Source: a virus
Reading direction: 5' to 3' (one strand)
Length of the DNA stretch: 64,000 nt
IMG/VR virus record: IMGVR_UViG_3300042898_000421
Below the pieces are notes generated by a model. The model saw only the letters and a list, made by a program, of their open reading frames with translations, did no database searches and had not been told where the DNA came from. Shown piece by piece: positions 27,973 to 35,693 of this stretch (position 1 is the stretch's first letter; each line of letters starts with the position of its first letter). A program made the position numbers and the translations under genes.

Positions 27973-28191
27973 TCAAGCACTAATTTTGCCAAATTCACGA
28001 TCGACATAATGTCCGATCAGTTTACGCTGGATAAGGGTAATCAAATCACCGTGCTGATCCGAAACAATGAATCGAACAGGGCAACGACCCCAAGTACCGG
28101 ACCTTTGGAACTCTGCAAACCATTTGCGGTGTTGCTTGTTCTCCGGATCGAATGCCGTCCAAGGACGACCAATATAATCTAATCTACTCAT
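27973..28191 (-). CDS. hypothetical phage protein
   Basis: RPWTAFDP...HRKW...WGRCPVRF. Confidence 0.7.
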   Translation of the reverse strand: MSRLDYIGRPWTAFDPENKQHRKWFAEFQRSGTWGRCPVRFIVSDQHGDLITLIQRKLIGHYVDREFGKISA

Positions 28192-28275
28192 AGTGTTCTC
28201 TCTGAATACCCCGTTATACATGTTATCGAAGAGGACTTATTGACATTGCCTCTACGCACACTGCAGGGGTTATTC

Positions 28276-28695
28276 TTAGTAAGGGGCGTCTTCCATGTCA
28301 GCCAGCTGGGCAATCACTTGGGCTTTGGTAGGAGTGGGTTTGGATTCTGCCTTCTTAGCAGCCACCTTGGCTTCGATAGCCTTCATAGTAGGCTTGGCCT
28401 TTGCAGCTTTGGCAACCTTAGCCTCTTTAGCAGGCACTTCGCTACGCTTGTCGATCTCAGCAGCCAGTGCAGCCAACACATCAGCATTGGTCTTGCCGTT
28501 GGTAGTGGCAAAGTCGATCTCCATGAGATAAGCAACAGCGTCCTCTTTGGTCATAGCGTGTTTCAGCTCGATGATATCAATATCGGTATGACCGTTCTTG
28601 ATCAGCACCTTGGTACGCAGTGCGTCATTGGCAAAACGAACTTTGAATTGGCCATCTTGTTTAGAAACGCCAGCATGGGTAAAAGATTTAGACAT
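28276..28695 (-). CDS. hypothetical protein with Lys/Ala-rich tail
   Basis: KVRFAND core; AKEAKVAKAAKAK tail. Confidence 0.75.
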   Translation of the reverse strand: MSKSFTHAGVSKQDGQFKVRFANDALRTKVLIKNGHTDIDIIELKHAMTKEDAVAYLMEIDFATTNGKTNADVLAALAAEIDKRSEVPAKEAKVAKAAKAKPTMKAIEAKVAAKKAESKPTPTKAQVIAQLADMEDAPY

Positions 28696-28777
28696 AAAAT
28701 TTCCTTTGTGTTTGTCTGTGTGTACGAACAGCACCGCGCTGTCCATGTATTAATTATAACCTCTTTTGGAGGAACTG

Positions 28778-28957
28778 TCAACCAAAATATGGCGAATAGA
28801 CTTCCTCCTCTTGTGGCGTATCAGCAACACTGTTGCCTTCAATCCAACCGTAGACAAGTTCCACGGGGCAATCCAATGTCAGTGCAATCATTCTGGCACT
28901 CATGCCATCGATGTACAGTTGCTCAATGTCGTATGCCAGTTCAGCGATCTTGCTCAT
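28778..28957 (-). CDS. 59-aa HTH protein (not in ORF track)
   Basis: MSKIAELAYDIEQLYIDGMSARMIALTLDCPVELVYGWIEG...; ATGA-coupled; stop TGA lies inside the next -35 TTGACA. Confidence 0.7.
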   Translation of the reverse strand: MSKIAELAYDIEQLYIDGMSARMIALTLDCPVELVYGWIEGNSVADTPQEEEVYSPYFG

Positions 28958-29367
28958 TCCATTTCCTCCTCTTGCTTCTCTTGTTCAAATGCCAGTTCTA
29001 ACGGAATCCAATTCTCTTGTGTGCCGTAGTGACGAACATACCACTGAGCCTTGCCTTTCCAGTTCATGCTGAGGATGTAGTCGTACTCCTCGCCGCTGAC
29101 ATTTTTGTAATAGTCCTCAATGTCTTTGTATTTCTCAATCGACAACTCTTCACCGCGTTGTGTGTAGGCACCCTGTTTAGTTTCCTCAACAGAGTCGCAC
29201 AGGCTTGAGAAACCGCCCAAGTCAATCAAGTCACGCAGTTTGAACGGATCGCTGTAGTGCTTGAGCAAGAGCTGGCCGTTGTGTGCCAGGTAGCCGTCCC
29301 AGTGACAGTAGACTTGCTGTACTGTGCCATCTGCAAACTCAAGTGCGATAGTGCTTCGTGTACCCAT
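28954..29367 (-). CDS. hypothetical phage protein
   Basis: MGTRSTI...VYCHWDGY...G..L...Y; promoter plus SD. Confidence 0.8.
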   Translation of the reverse strand: MGTRSTIALEFADGTVQQVYCHWDGYLAHNGQLLLKHYSDPFKLRDLIDLGGFSSLCDSVEETKQGAYTQRGEELSIEKYKDIEDYYKNVSGEEYDYILSMNWKGKAQWYVRHYGTQENWIPLELAFEQEKQEEEME

Positions 29368-29480
29368 TGTGTGCTCCAGTGTGTTTGTGTAAGTGTTAAT
29401 TATAGCAAGGTTTTACCAAACTGTCAACCCCTGCGAAGTACCCAGGCGTGTTGCAGGGTCTAATGGCAGGGGTTGACATT

Positions 29481-29747
29481 TCAGCAATCAGGGTCAAAGC
29501 TTTCCCACTCTTGCGCTTCGTCGGGCTGTCCGTCACGCTGTTCCTGCTCGTACTCCTCTTGCAGCTCCTCGCTCAGCGACATGAAGTCTTCGCAAGTGCT
29601 AAACAGCTCTTCAAACGCACGGCGCTCAGTGCGGCTCAGCTCACGCAGGAACTGCGGGCCTTCCTCGTTCATTGCAGTAACGATCTGACGCATGGCCAGC
29701 AGGGTGTTCTCATTCATACAGTAACTCATGTTTGGGTAGCTTGACAT
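29481..29747 (-). CDS. acidic hypothetical protein
   Basis: promoter plus AAGGAA SD. Confidence 0.7.
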   Translation of the reverse strand: MSSYPNMSYCMNENTLLAMRQIVTAMNEEGPQFLRELSRTERRAFEELFSTCEDFMSLSEELQEEYEQEQRDGQPDEAQEWESFDPDC

Positions 29748-29803
29748 TCTGTTTCCTTTAGTGTGTTGCGATGTATGTATTATAACAAGGTTTTGCCAAC
29801 TTG

Positions 29804-30043
29804 TCAACCCATTGTTGCAGAAACCCTATCCGCTGTAGGGTCATATCGCAGGAACATTTTGGCACTGTCACTGCCGCCTTTGACCTCGTGGACAATGTGA
29901 TAGCAGAACTCGCTGCCGTTAGTCATGCCTAGGAACTTGACCCCTGTGATAGCATAGCCGCTGATCTTGTTCTCAACGGCAATGGCTTTCATATGCTCGA
30001 CTGGGATGTCGATCATGTAGCGAACGTTGGCTGCTGTAATCAT
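29804..30043 (-). CDS. hypothetical protein
   Basis: stop inside the next -35 box. Confidence 0.65.
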   Translation of the reverse strand: MITAANVRYMIDIPVEHMKAIAVENKISGYAITGVKFLGMTNGSEFCYHIVHEVKGGSDSAKMFLRYDPTADRVSATMG

Positions 30044-30234
30044 GCCTGCTCCTTTGCCGACATGTCATCAAACTCAATAAAGGTGCAAATGTCGTCAGCA
30101 ATACTTTGTATTGCAATATGGGTTTCCCAAGTTACATCGCTGTCCCCTAGTGCCTGTTGCACTAGTGCGTCTGCTTCGTTAAGCATGTCTACTGCTTTGT
30201 TGAGTAAAGCACTCTTTTCTGCGTTTGACAACAT
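30040..30234 (-). CDS. hypothetical helical protein
   Basis: promoter plus CAGGAG SD. Confidence 0.65.
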   Translation of the reverse strand: MLSNAEKSALLNKAVDMLNEADALVQQALGDSDVTWETHIAIQSIADDICTFIEFDDMSAKEQA

Positions 30235-30311
30235 GTCTGCTCCTGTTTAGTGTAAGTGTATTATAACGCAAAAAGGCACTGCTGTCAACTGCACAGCAAT
30301 GCCCTTCCACT

Positions 30312-30662
30312 TTACTCAGTCATTAGTGCAAATGCGTTAAACTTAGCTTCCCACAGTTGCAGGAACTTACCCTCTACGTCTAGCGACACATAGTTGTCCC
30401 CTTGCATACCCTGCTCGCTATACTCCACAGCACACAGGCCCTGTGCTACGAGAAACTCGTTAAGCTCTCGCTTAAACTGTTTGTCTGTATAAATGAGACC
30501 CATTGTGTTTACGTCCCACGTGTCTGTGTTAAAGTAAACGCACAACTCGCCGAAGCTCTTTTCGTCGTTAATGTAATTAATACGCAGGTCAACAATCTCT
30601 ACTGCCTTAGCAGTGCGGCTCCAATAGCCCAGACCGTTTGTGTTAAATGTAACTGCTTGCAT
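30312..30662 (-). CDS. hypothetical phage protein
   Basis: GLGYWS...GLIYTDKQF...YSEQGMQGDNYVSLDV. Confidence 0.75.
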   Translation of the reverse strand: MQAVTFNTNGLGYWSRTAKAVEIVDLRINYINDEKSFGELCVYFNTDTWDVNTMGLIYTDKQFKRELNEFLVAQGLCAVEYSEQGMQGDNYVSLDVEGKFLQLWEAKFNAFALMTE

Positions 30663-30745
30663 GTTGCTTCCTTTGCTGTTTAGTGTAAGTGTATTATAAC
30701 GCAAAAACAGCACAGTGTCAACCAAAGACCCTGTGCTGTGTAGTG

Positions 30746-30946
30746 TTATAAAATAAACACTGCTACAGTGTCTCCTGCTTGCTTAATGCTTTGTGTTGCG
30801 TGTGCGAGCATAGTTTTATATTTGTACATGCTTGCTTTATTTTTTTGTGCTACTGCTAGCGGCACAAATTTTCCTGCAATTAGATAAGTGTTATTGCGTT
30901 GCAGTGTGTACATTTTTAACATTTTGGTTCCTGTTTGTTTTAACAT
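30746..30946 (-). CDS. AT-rich hypothetical protein (start 30946 or 30922)
   Basis: own promoter; AT-rich relative to neighbours. Confidence 0.5.
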   Translation of the reverse strand: MLKQTGTKMLKMYTLQRNNTYLIAGKFVPLAVAQKNKASMYKYKTMLAHATQSIKQAGDTVAVFIL

Positions 30947-31005
30947 GTGTGTATTATAACACTGTTTTGTAAAACGAGCAACCAAAGCCCCTAAGGGCTG
31001 TAGGG

Positions 31006-31557
31006 TTATTCTTGATCCTCTTCAGCGTTCTCTGCTTCCCACTCAGCCATGTTCTCACTGATAGCAAAGTAATCGTCCAGCTCCTCACCGATCATGTCAC
31101 GCACAGTCTCAGAGGTCTGCCCACCGTACTCAACACAGTAGTCACTACCGTTGTCCCACTTGCCTACGAACTGCATGCCAGGCTCGTAGTAGAAGGCCAC
31201 TAGATCAAAGCCCAAGTCCATCAACTGCTCATATGCACGGATGGGTGGTGCCCACGCTGAGTCAAAGCCCGCTGTGACAGTGTTAGCATCCTCGATCTCT
31301 ACATTGCTAGACTCTACATCCCACTTGGTGCCCCAGTTGGCCACATTGAAGTCATACCAAGAACTGTATCCGTACTTGTCGCGGTTGGCCTTTTCAGCAT
31401 CATTAGTGCCCATCTGAGCCACAGTCTCTAACAGTTCGGCAGGGCAAGGGATGAACTCCTGCAGGAACTTACCTTCCTGGAAAGCCTTAGCGGCTCGTTG
31501 GATCATTGCAGGGTCTTCGTGACGCAGGGTAATACCGTTAGCACACCAATTAGGCAT
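31006..31557 (-). CDS. DUF1281/YubB-like ferredoxin-fold protein
   Basis: MPNWCAN, WYDFNVANWGTKWDV, FDSAWAPP, YYEPGMQFVG. Confidence 0.75.
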   Translation of the reverse strand: MPNWCANGITLRHEDPAMIQRAAKAFQEGKFLQEFIPCPAELLETVAQMGTNDAEKANRDKYGYSSWYDFNVANWGTKWDVESSNVEIEDANTVTAGFDSAWAPPIRAYEQLMDLGFDLVAFYYEPGMQFVGKWDNGSDYCVEYGGQTSETVRDMIGEELDDYFAISENMAEWEAENAEEDQE

Positions 31558-31558
31558 C

Positions 31559-31825
31559 TTAGATCTCCATTTCGTATTCGTAGAACTTAACTTTAGGGTC
31601 CAATGCCTTCAACTGCTTTGCCGCAGTCATCAGTTCCTTGTAGCGACGATTGACTTCTGTGCGGCTCAGTTCGCCATCACAGGTCAAGTTCTCCGGACTC
31701 AATGCGGCATCGATCATGTCTGCGATACGCTGGCGACCCTTGGCGCTCTGGATCTCGTATTGCTCGCCTTTGAAGAAACTGTTCCAGTGATTCTTCTGCT
31801 CGATAAACTTCTCTAGTGCTTTCAT
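31559..31825 (-). CDS. hypothetical phage protein
   Basis: LSPENLTCDGE; promoter plus SD. Confidence 0.75.
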   Translation of the reverse strand: MKALEKFIEQKNHWNSFFKGEQYEIQSAKGRQRIADMIDAALSPENLTCDGELSRTEVNRRYKELMTAAKQLKALDPKVKFYEYEMEI

Positions 31826-31880
31826 CTTTGCTCCTTAGTGTGTAAGTGTGTATTATAGCAAGAAAACAGGGGATTGTCAA

Positions 31881-32062
31881 CTACCCGTTAGTCCGTCTCT
31901 AACGTTCGGTGTGCCAAACATTACGCCCTAGTTCCCCGTCAGCAACTCGTGTAAACTTTCGTTTACAACTGCCTTCATGCCCCACAGCAACCTGTCCCCG
32001 TCGGAACTCTTCGCTTGCTGTGGGCCCTAACGGACTAGGTAACCCTGTTTATTTCTTACTAT
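31881..32062 (-). ncRNA. candidate structured non-coding RNA
   Basis: own perfect promoter (32068-96), no SD-led ORF, closing stem TAGTCCGT/ACGGACTA, 10-bp stem, GAAA tetraloop hairpin, G.U pairs valid only on the minus strand. Confidence 0.65.
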
Positions 32063-32092
32063 GCCTTATTATAGCAAGGTTTTACCAACTTG

Positions 32093-32323
32093 TCAACCAA
32101 ATGCTTTGTATAACCCTACAATGCCTATGGCTAATGATACAACGTTGACTACAGCCTGTGGCTTATTTGCCACACGGATAGCCCATGCCAAGAACGCTAC
32201 AGTGCCCACAGCGAATGCGATAATGTTATAAGGATAGACACTGGGACCTATTGCGTTGAGTACGTGCCCGGCAATGATCGCCACGGCACCTACCCATTGC
32301 AGTACTTCATTCTTATTAAACAT
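32093..32323 (-). CDS. small membrane protein
   Basis: three hydrophobic segments; stop inside a -35 box. Confidence 0.7.
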   Translation of the reverse strand: MFNKNEVLQWVGAVAIIAGHVLNAIGPSVYPYNIIAFAVGTVAFLAWAIRVANKPQAVVNVVSLAIGIVGLYKAFG

Positions 32324-32696
32324 TAACACCTTCACGATCAACCATGTCGCTCAACTCAGCGAATTTTTGTTTGTACTTGTAGACTTCGCGTTTGGCCTCA
32401 TGCAGTGCTTCGCCGATGCAGTCCTCTGCGGTGCCGTCTGTCAGTACTTCGCGAGCGTCCTTGTACAGGCACCCTCCCAGGTAGTGCGAACCCATCTCAA
32501 GCCCCTCTACCATTACACGTACACGCAACATGAACCAGTCCAAGTTGCCATTGTCGATGTCTTTACACATCTTGCTAACTTCTTCTTCACTATCAAAGTC
32601 AAAGCAATCACGTGGGTTCAGGTCTTCGTAGCTCTTGTCTACGATAACAGTAAAGCCATCGCGCTCGTAAGTTGCCAGTTCATCGTAGTATCGCAT
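32316..32696 (-). CDS. hypothetical protein
   Basis: 126-aa ORF; YLGGCLY. Confidence 0.75.
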   Translation of the reverse strand: MRYYDELATYERDGFTVIVDKSYEDLNPRDCFDFDSEEEVSKMCKDIDNGNLDWFMLRVRVMVEGLEMGSHYLGGCLYKDAREVLTDGTAEDCIGEALHEAKREVYKYKQKFAELSDMVDREGVNV

Positions 32697-32705
32697 AGTT
32701 GCCTT

Positions 32706-32951
32706 TCAATAGTGGTGACGTGAGCCGGGATCGCAGAAGTCTGCATTGTCCGGAGTCCATTCTTCTTCCTCTTCGGGCTCTTCTTCCTCGTCCTCTACAA
32801 GGTCGTTAGCCAGCATCATCTCATGCACGGAACTCTCGCTGAGCCAGCTGAGGCACATGTCTGCCACAGCACGTGGGTCAAGCAGGCCCTCGTCCATCAT
32901 CTCAAGCATCTTTGTAGTTGCAGGGCGAATCTTTGCGTACGAATTAAACAT
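32706..32951 (-). CDS. acidic hypothetical protein
   Basis: promoter plus SD; poly-Glu tail. Confidence 0.7.
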   Translation of the reverse strand: MFNSYAKIRPATTKMLEMMDEGLLDPRAVADMCLSWLSESSVHEMMLANDLVEDEEEEPEEEEEWTPDNADFCDPGSRHHY

Positions 32952-33013
32952 ATTAGCTCCTTGTTGCGATGTATGTATTATAACAGGTTTTACCAACCCT
33001 GTCAACCGAAGGG

Positions 33014-33376
33014 TTATTCAACGCCCACAGACACATCGACCTCAATATCTGTAACGTCGCCAGCGAGATCGAACTTCAAGCCCGTCACTGCCGCGCCGTA
33101 GTTAACTGCCTTGAGACGCTCGCGAATCATGCTTTCAAGATCGCCCATCATGTCGCCAATGAAGTCAGTGGCACTGTCTTTTACGCCTTTCAGCGTCTCA
33201 TTGACGCTTGCCCGTGTAATGTCGCTGCCGCTCTCGCCGTCCATGATCATCTCAATGAACGCTTCTGTCTGGCTGATCAAGGCCTGCTCTACGATAGCGT
33301 TGACCAGTTCCCGTTTAGCCCACAGCACTTCAACGGCTTTGAAAGTCTGCTCACCTGCTTTGTATACCACTGTCAT
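33014..33376 (-). CDS. hypothetical protein
   Basis: promoter plus CAGGAG SD. Confidence 0.7.
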   Translation of the reverse strand: MTVVYKAGEQTFKAVEVLWAKRELVNAIVEQALISQTEAFIEMIMDGESGSDITRASVNETLKGVKDSATDFIGDMMGDLESMIRERLKAVNYGAAVTGLKFDLAGDVTDIEVDVSVGVE

Positions 33377-33451
33377 TTGCTTCTCCTGTTGAACAAGTAT
33401 GTATTATAACACCAAAGTGCAGGGCTGTCAATAACCCTGCACTCTGTAGGG

Positions 33452-33724
33452 TCAAGCCGTTTCCAGCATGTTAGCAGGCACCCTCCACAAGCCCTGCGGA
33501 GTACGCACAGTGACGAACTTGATAGCGATCTTGTCAACTGTGCCAATGAGGGTCACACCGCTCTTTGTACTAGTGAACTTGACTGTGGCACCCAGGCGAA
33601 GCGATCGCTTGTTGGTCTCTGTAAGGCGTGCTCGGGCAAACTTCACAGCGTCGATGATGCTGGACAGTTGCTCGTTAGTGAAGTTGCCTGCGAGGATCTC
33701 TGCGTTAACTGTTTGAATAGACAT
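33452..33724 (-). CDS. hypothetical protein, C-terminal SH3/KOW-like beta domain
   Basis: GTVDKIAIKFVTV...GLWRVPANML. Confidence 0.7.
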   Translation of the reverse strand: MSIQTVNAEILAGNFTNEQLSSIIDAVKFARARLTETNKRSLRLGATVKFTSTKSGVTLIGTVDKIAIKFVTVRTPQGLWRVPANMLETA

Positions 33725-33752
33725 TCAATGCTCCTTAGTGTGTAAGTGTATA

Positions 33753-33914
33753 TTATACGGTAAAACCAATAACCTTGTCAACCATCGGGTTTTTACGAGC
33801 CACAGACCGCCATGCCCGATTGGCCTTGGCGTATTGCTGGGCGTTTGTAGTAAAGCCCGGGAATCGAGTCCTTGCCCAGATCACGAAGTTCAGTCGTTCA
33901 ATCTCGTTCTTCAT
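33753..33914 (-). CDS. basic hypothetical protein
   Basis: TGATG-coupled start; runs through the next promoter. Confidence 0.5.
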   Translation of the reverse strand: MKNEIERLNFVIWARTRFPGFTTNAQQYAKANRAWRSVARKNPMVDKVIGFTV

Positions 33915-34198
33915 CACATGCTCCAGTAGAGTTCGCTTGAAGGATCGCATGAGCGGGGAGTGTCCGTTGGGATCTGCACATCTACGCCCGTCATTAGGTT
34001 CTTGACAGTCTTCATTGTAGGGAAGTACTCAAAGCGGAAGCCCTTGCTTGCAGGGTACAGCCAGTAGAGTCCGTTGCACTCATGTCGCATAGCTTCCGCA
34101 GTACGATCTGCCCACACTGTAGTAGAGACCAGACGCTCGCCACTCTTGGTGCGCTTGTCTGCTTTATAAATGTACATGGTGTAGTCTTGTTTCATCAT
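33914..34198 (-). CDS. hypothetical phage protein
   Basis: YKADKRTKSGER, VKNLMTG..V.I..DTP.SCDPSSE.YWSM. Confidence 0.75.
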   Translation of the reverse strand: MMKQDYTMYIYKADKRTKSGERLVSTTVWADRTAEAMRHECNGLYWLYPASKGFRFEYFPTMKTVKNLMTGVDVQIPTDTPRSCDPSSELYWSM

Positions 34199-34242
34199 TG
34201 CTCCTTAGTGTGTGTCTATTATAACATGGTTTTACCAGTTTG

Positions 34243-34581
34243 TCAATCCCCACGAACATCTGTGTTCAATGCGGGCTTTACCATACGACGGATCTCAACT
34301 TCCCTCTTGTGAGCAGCCGCCTTGCCACGAATGACCTCGTGTACATAGACCTCGATCTCGCTCTTGTCAGCAAGTGTACGCAATTCAGCGCACAAGAGCC
34401 AGTTCTTAGTCTCAGTCTTGGCACGATAAAAGTGTTTTGCGGCACGACTCAAAACACTCTTGTTTACAGTGCTTTCAGTCTTAGCTGTGACGCCAATGTA
34501 GTTCTTGCCATTCACGACCAGCTCATAGATGATATGATTGCGGTCTACACGCTTCTTACGGGTTACTGTTTGTGTCGTCAT
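34243..34581 (-). CDS. GIY-YIG-like endonuclease
   Basis: HIIYELVVNGKNYIGVT, R...H, E; ATG 6 nt after the -10 box. Confidence 0.7.
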   Translation of the reverse strand: MTTQTVTRKKRVDRNHIIYELVVNGKNYIGVTAKTESTVNKSVLSRAAKHFYRAKTETKNWLLCAELRTLADKSEIEVYVHEVIRGKAAAHKREVEIRRMVKPALNTDVRGD

Positions 34582-34709
34582 GTGTGTATTATAGCAAGGT
34601 TTTACCAATCAGTCAACCAAAGACCCTACACGATCTCTGTGTTCAAAATACAACAAGACAGGCACTCCAAAAGATGCTATAATACATACTTAAACAACAA
34701 AGGAAGCAC

Positions 34710-34961
34710 ATGTCAAAAGTATACACTGCAAACACTGCAAAAGCTAAAATTGTATATAATAAAGAAAAAGAAGTATATACTATTATCTGCGCTTTTAATG
34801 TTACAGAAAAAACAGATAAAGGTGCATATAAGTTTCCCACTCGTGCTAAATGCGACTTTGTTAGCGGAGATTTTGTTTGGGAAACTATACAAAAAGATAA
34901 ACTGCGTATTATCTCTACTGCAAAACAAACTATGCGTACAGATAATATTGAGTTTGTTTAA
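34710..34961 (+). CDS. AT-rich hypothetical protein
   Basis: divergent extended -10 TGCTATAAT (34675-83) and AAGGAAG SD with the same leader style. Confidence 0.65.
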   Translation: MSKVYTANTAKAKIVYNKEKEVYTIICAFNVTEKTDKGAYKFPTRAKCDFVSGDFVWETIQKDKLRIISTAKQTMRTDNIEFV

Positions 34962-35530
34962 AAGATAATCCAGATAATCAGTTATTGATTATCTACATAA
35001 TAGACTATACTGTATATAGTGAGATAATACTCCAATATACCAGTATAGTCATTATATATCCCGTATATACGCAAGTGTCATTATACGGGCCCGCAGACCT
35101 TGTTCCTGCTCAATGAGCTAGACTTTGCCGCTTACCACATTCCGGCCGGTCTTTCACTGTATAGTACACAGGTCTAGGACTTCTGCTCATGTACTTGGTC
35201 CCCACTCCCATCCGGTAAGCGACTGTGGTTAAGCTCATACACTACCTATACAGTTACGGTTTTCTCTACTGTATGCGTATAGTATAACATCATTAGCTAG
35301 TTTGGGCAACTGTGGGGCTGAAAAACCCTGCTAATAACCGGTGTATTTCCAGCATTTCTGTGGCGAAAATGCCACTTTTCCAGCATAAGATGCTGTGGTT
35401 TGGCTGTGGATTCACCGTGATTTCTAGGGTGCGGGCTGTGGTGGGGCCATGGTGAAGAGAGGTTATCGTAAAATGGTTTTCACCGTTCTCCCACAATTCT
35501 CTTAGGTTCCCCCACCGTGCCCCCAGACCA

Positions 35531-35662
35531 TTACAGCGGGGTATTTGCATATACAGTATCACGCTACTACACTAATCTCTTATAGTGTTACAGCGGGGTA
35601 TTTGCATGTATGCACTCATAAGAAACCCGCAGAGCCTATTATAGCTACAGCGGGGTTTTTAC
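35531..35662. repeat. three direct repeats with 57-bp period
   Basis: TACAGCGGGGT(A/T)TTT at 35532, 35589 and 35646. Confidence 0.8.
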
Positions 35663-35693
35663 TTGTATATGTGTATATACGTATATGTTTAGT

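Larger units (their letters stand above)
21660..34616 (-). promoter_or_regulatory. array of 24 near-consensus sigma70 early promoters
   Basis: TTGAC(A/T/G)-17-TA(T/C)AAT on the minus strand at 21660-88, 23375-403, 23795-823, 24423-51, 24933-61, 25485-513, 25870-98, 26287-315, 26905-33, 27509-37, 27948-76 (TTGATT), 28753-81, 29399-427, 29779-807, 30260-88, 30693-721, 30953-81 (TTGCTC), 31852-80, 32068-96, 32977-33005, 33403-31, 33752-81 (18-nt spacer), 34218-46, 34588-616. Many have an extended TGn -10. Confidence 0.92.

Noticed and set aside
23400-34620. Integron-like attC cassettes (TAAC...GTTGACA ends)
   Set aside because: The ends are explained by stop codons and -35 boxes, do not fit RYYYAAC/GTTRRRY, and there is no tyrosine integrase in the window.
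22758-34968. Long plus-strand ORFs over the early array (e.g. 22758-23177, 28240-29001, 32256-32723, 34240-34968)
   Set aside because: Antisense shadows of minus-strand genes that have promoters and SDs; no motifs of their own.
35531-35662. CRISPR array
   Set aside because: Only three units, repeat about 20 bp and degenerate, intervening sequences pair with the repeats, and no cas genes in the window; kept only as a repeat finding.
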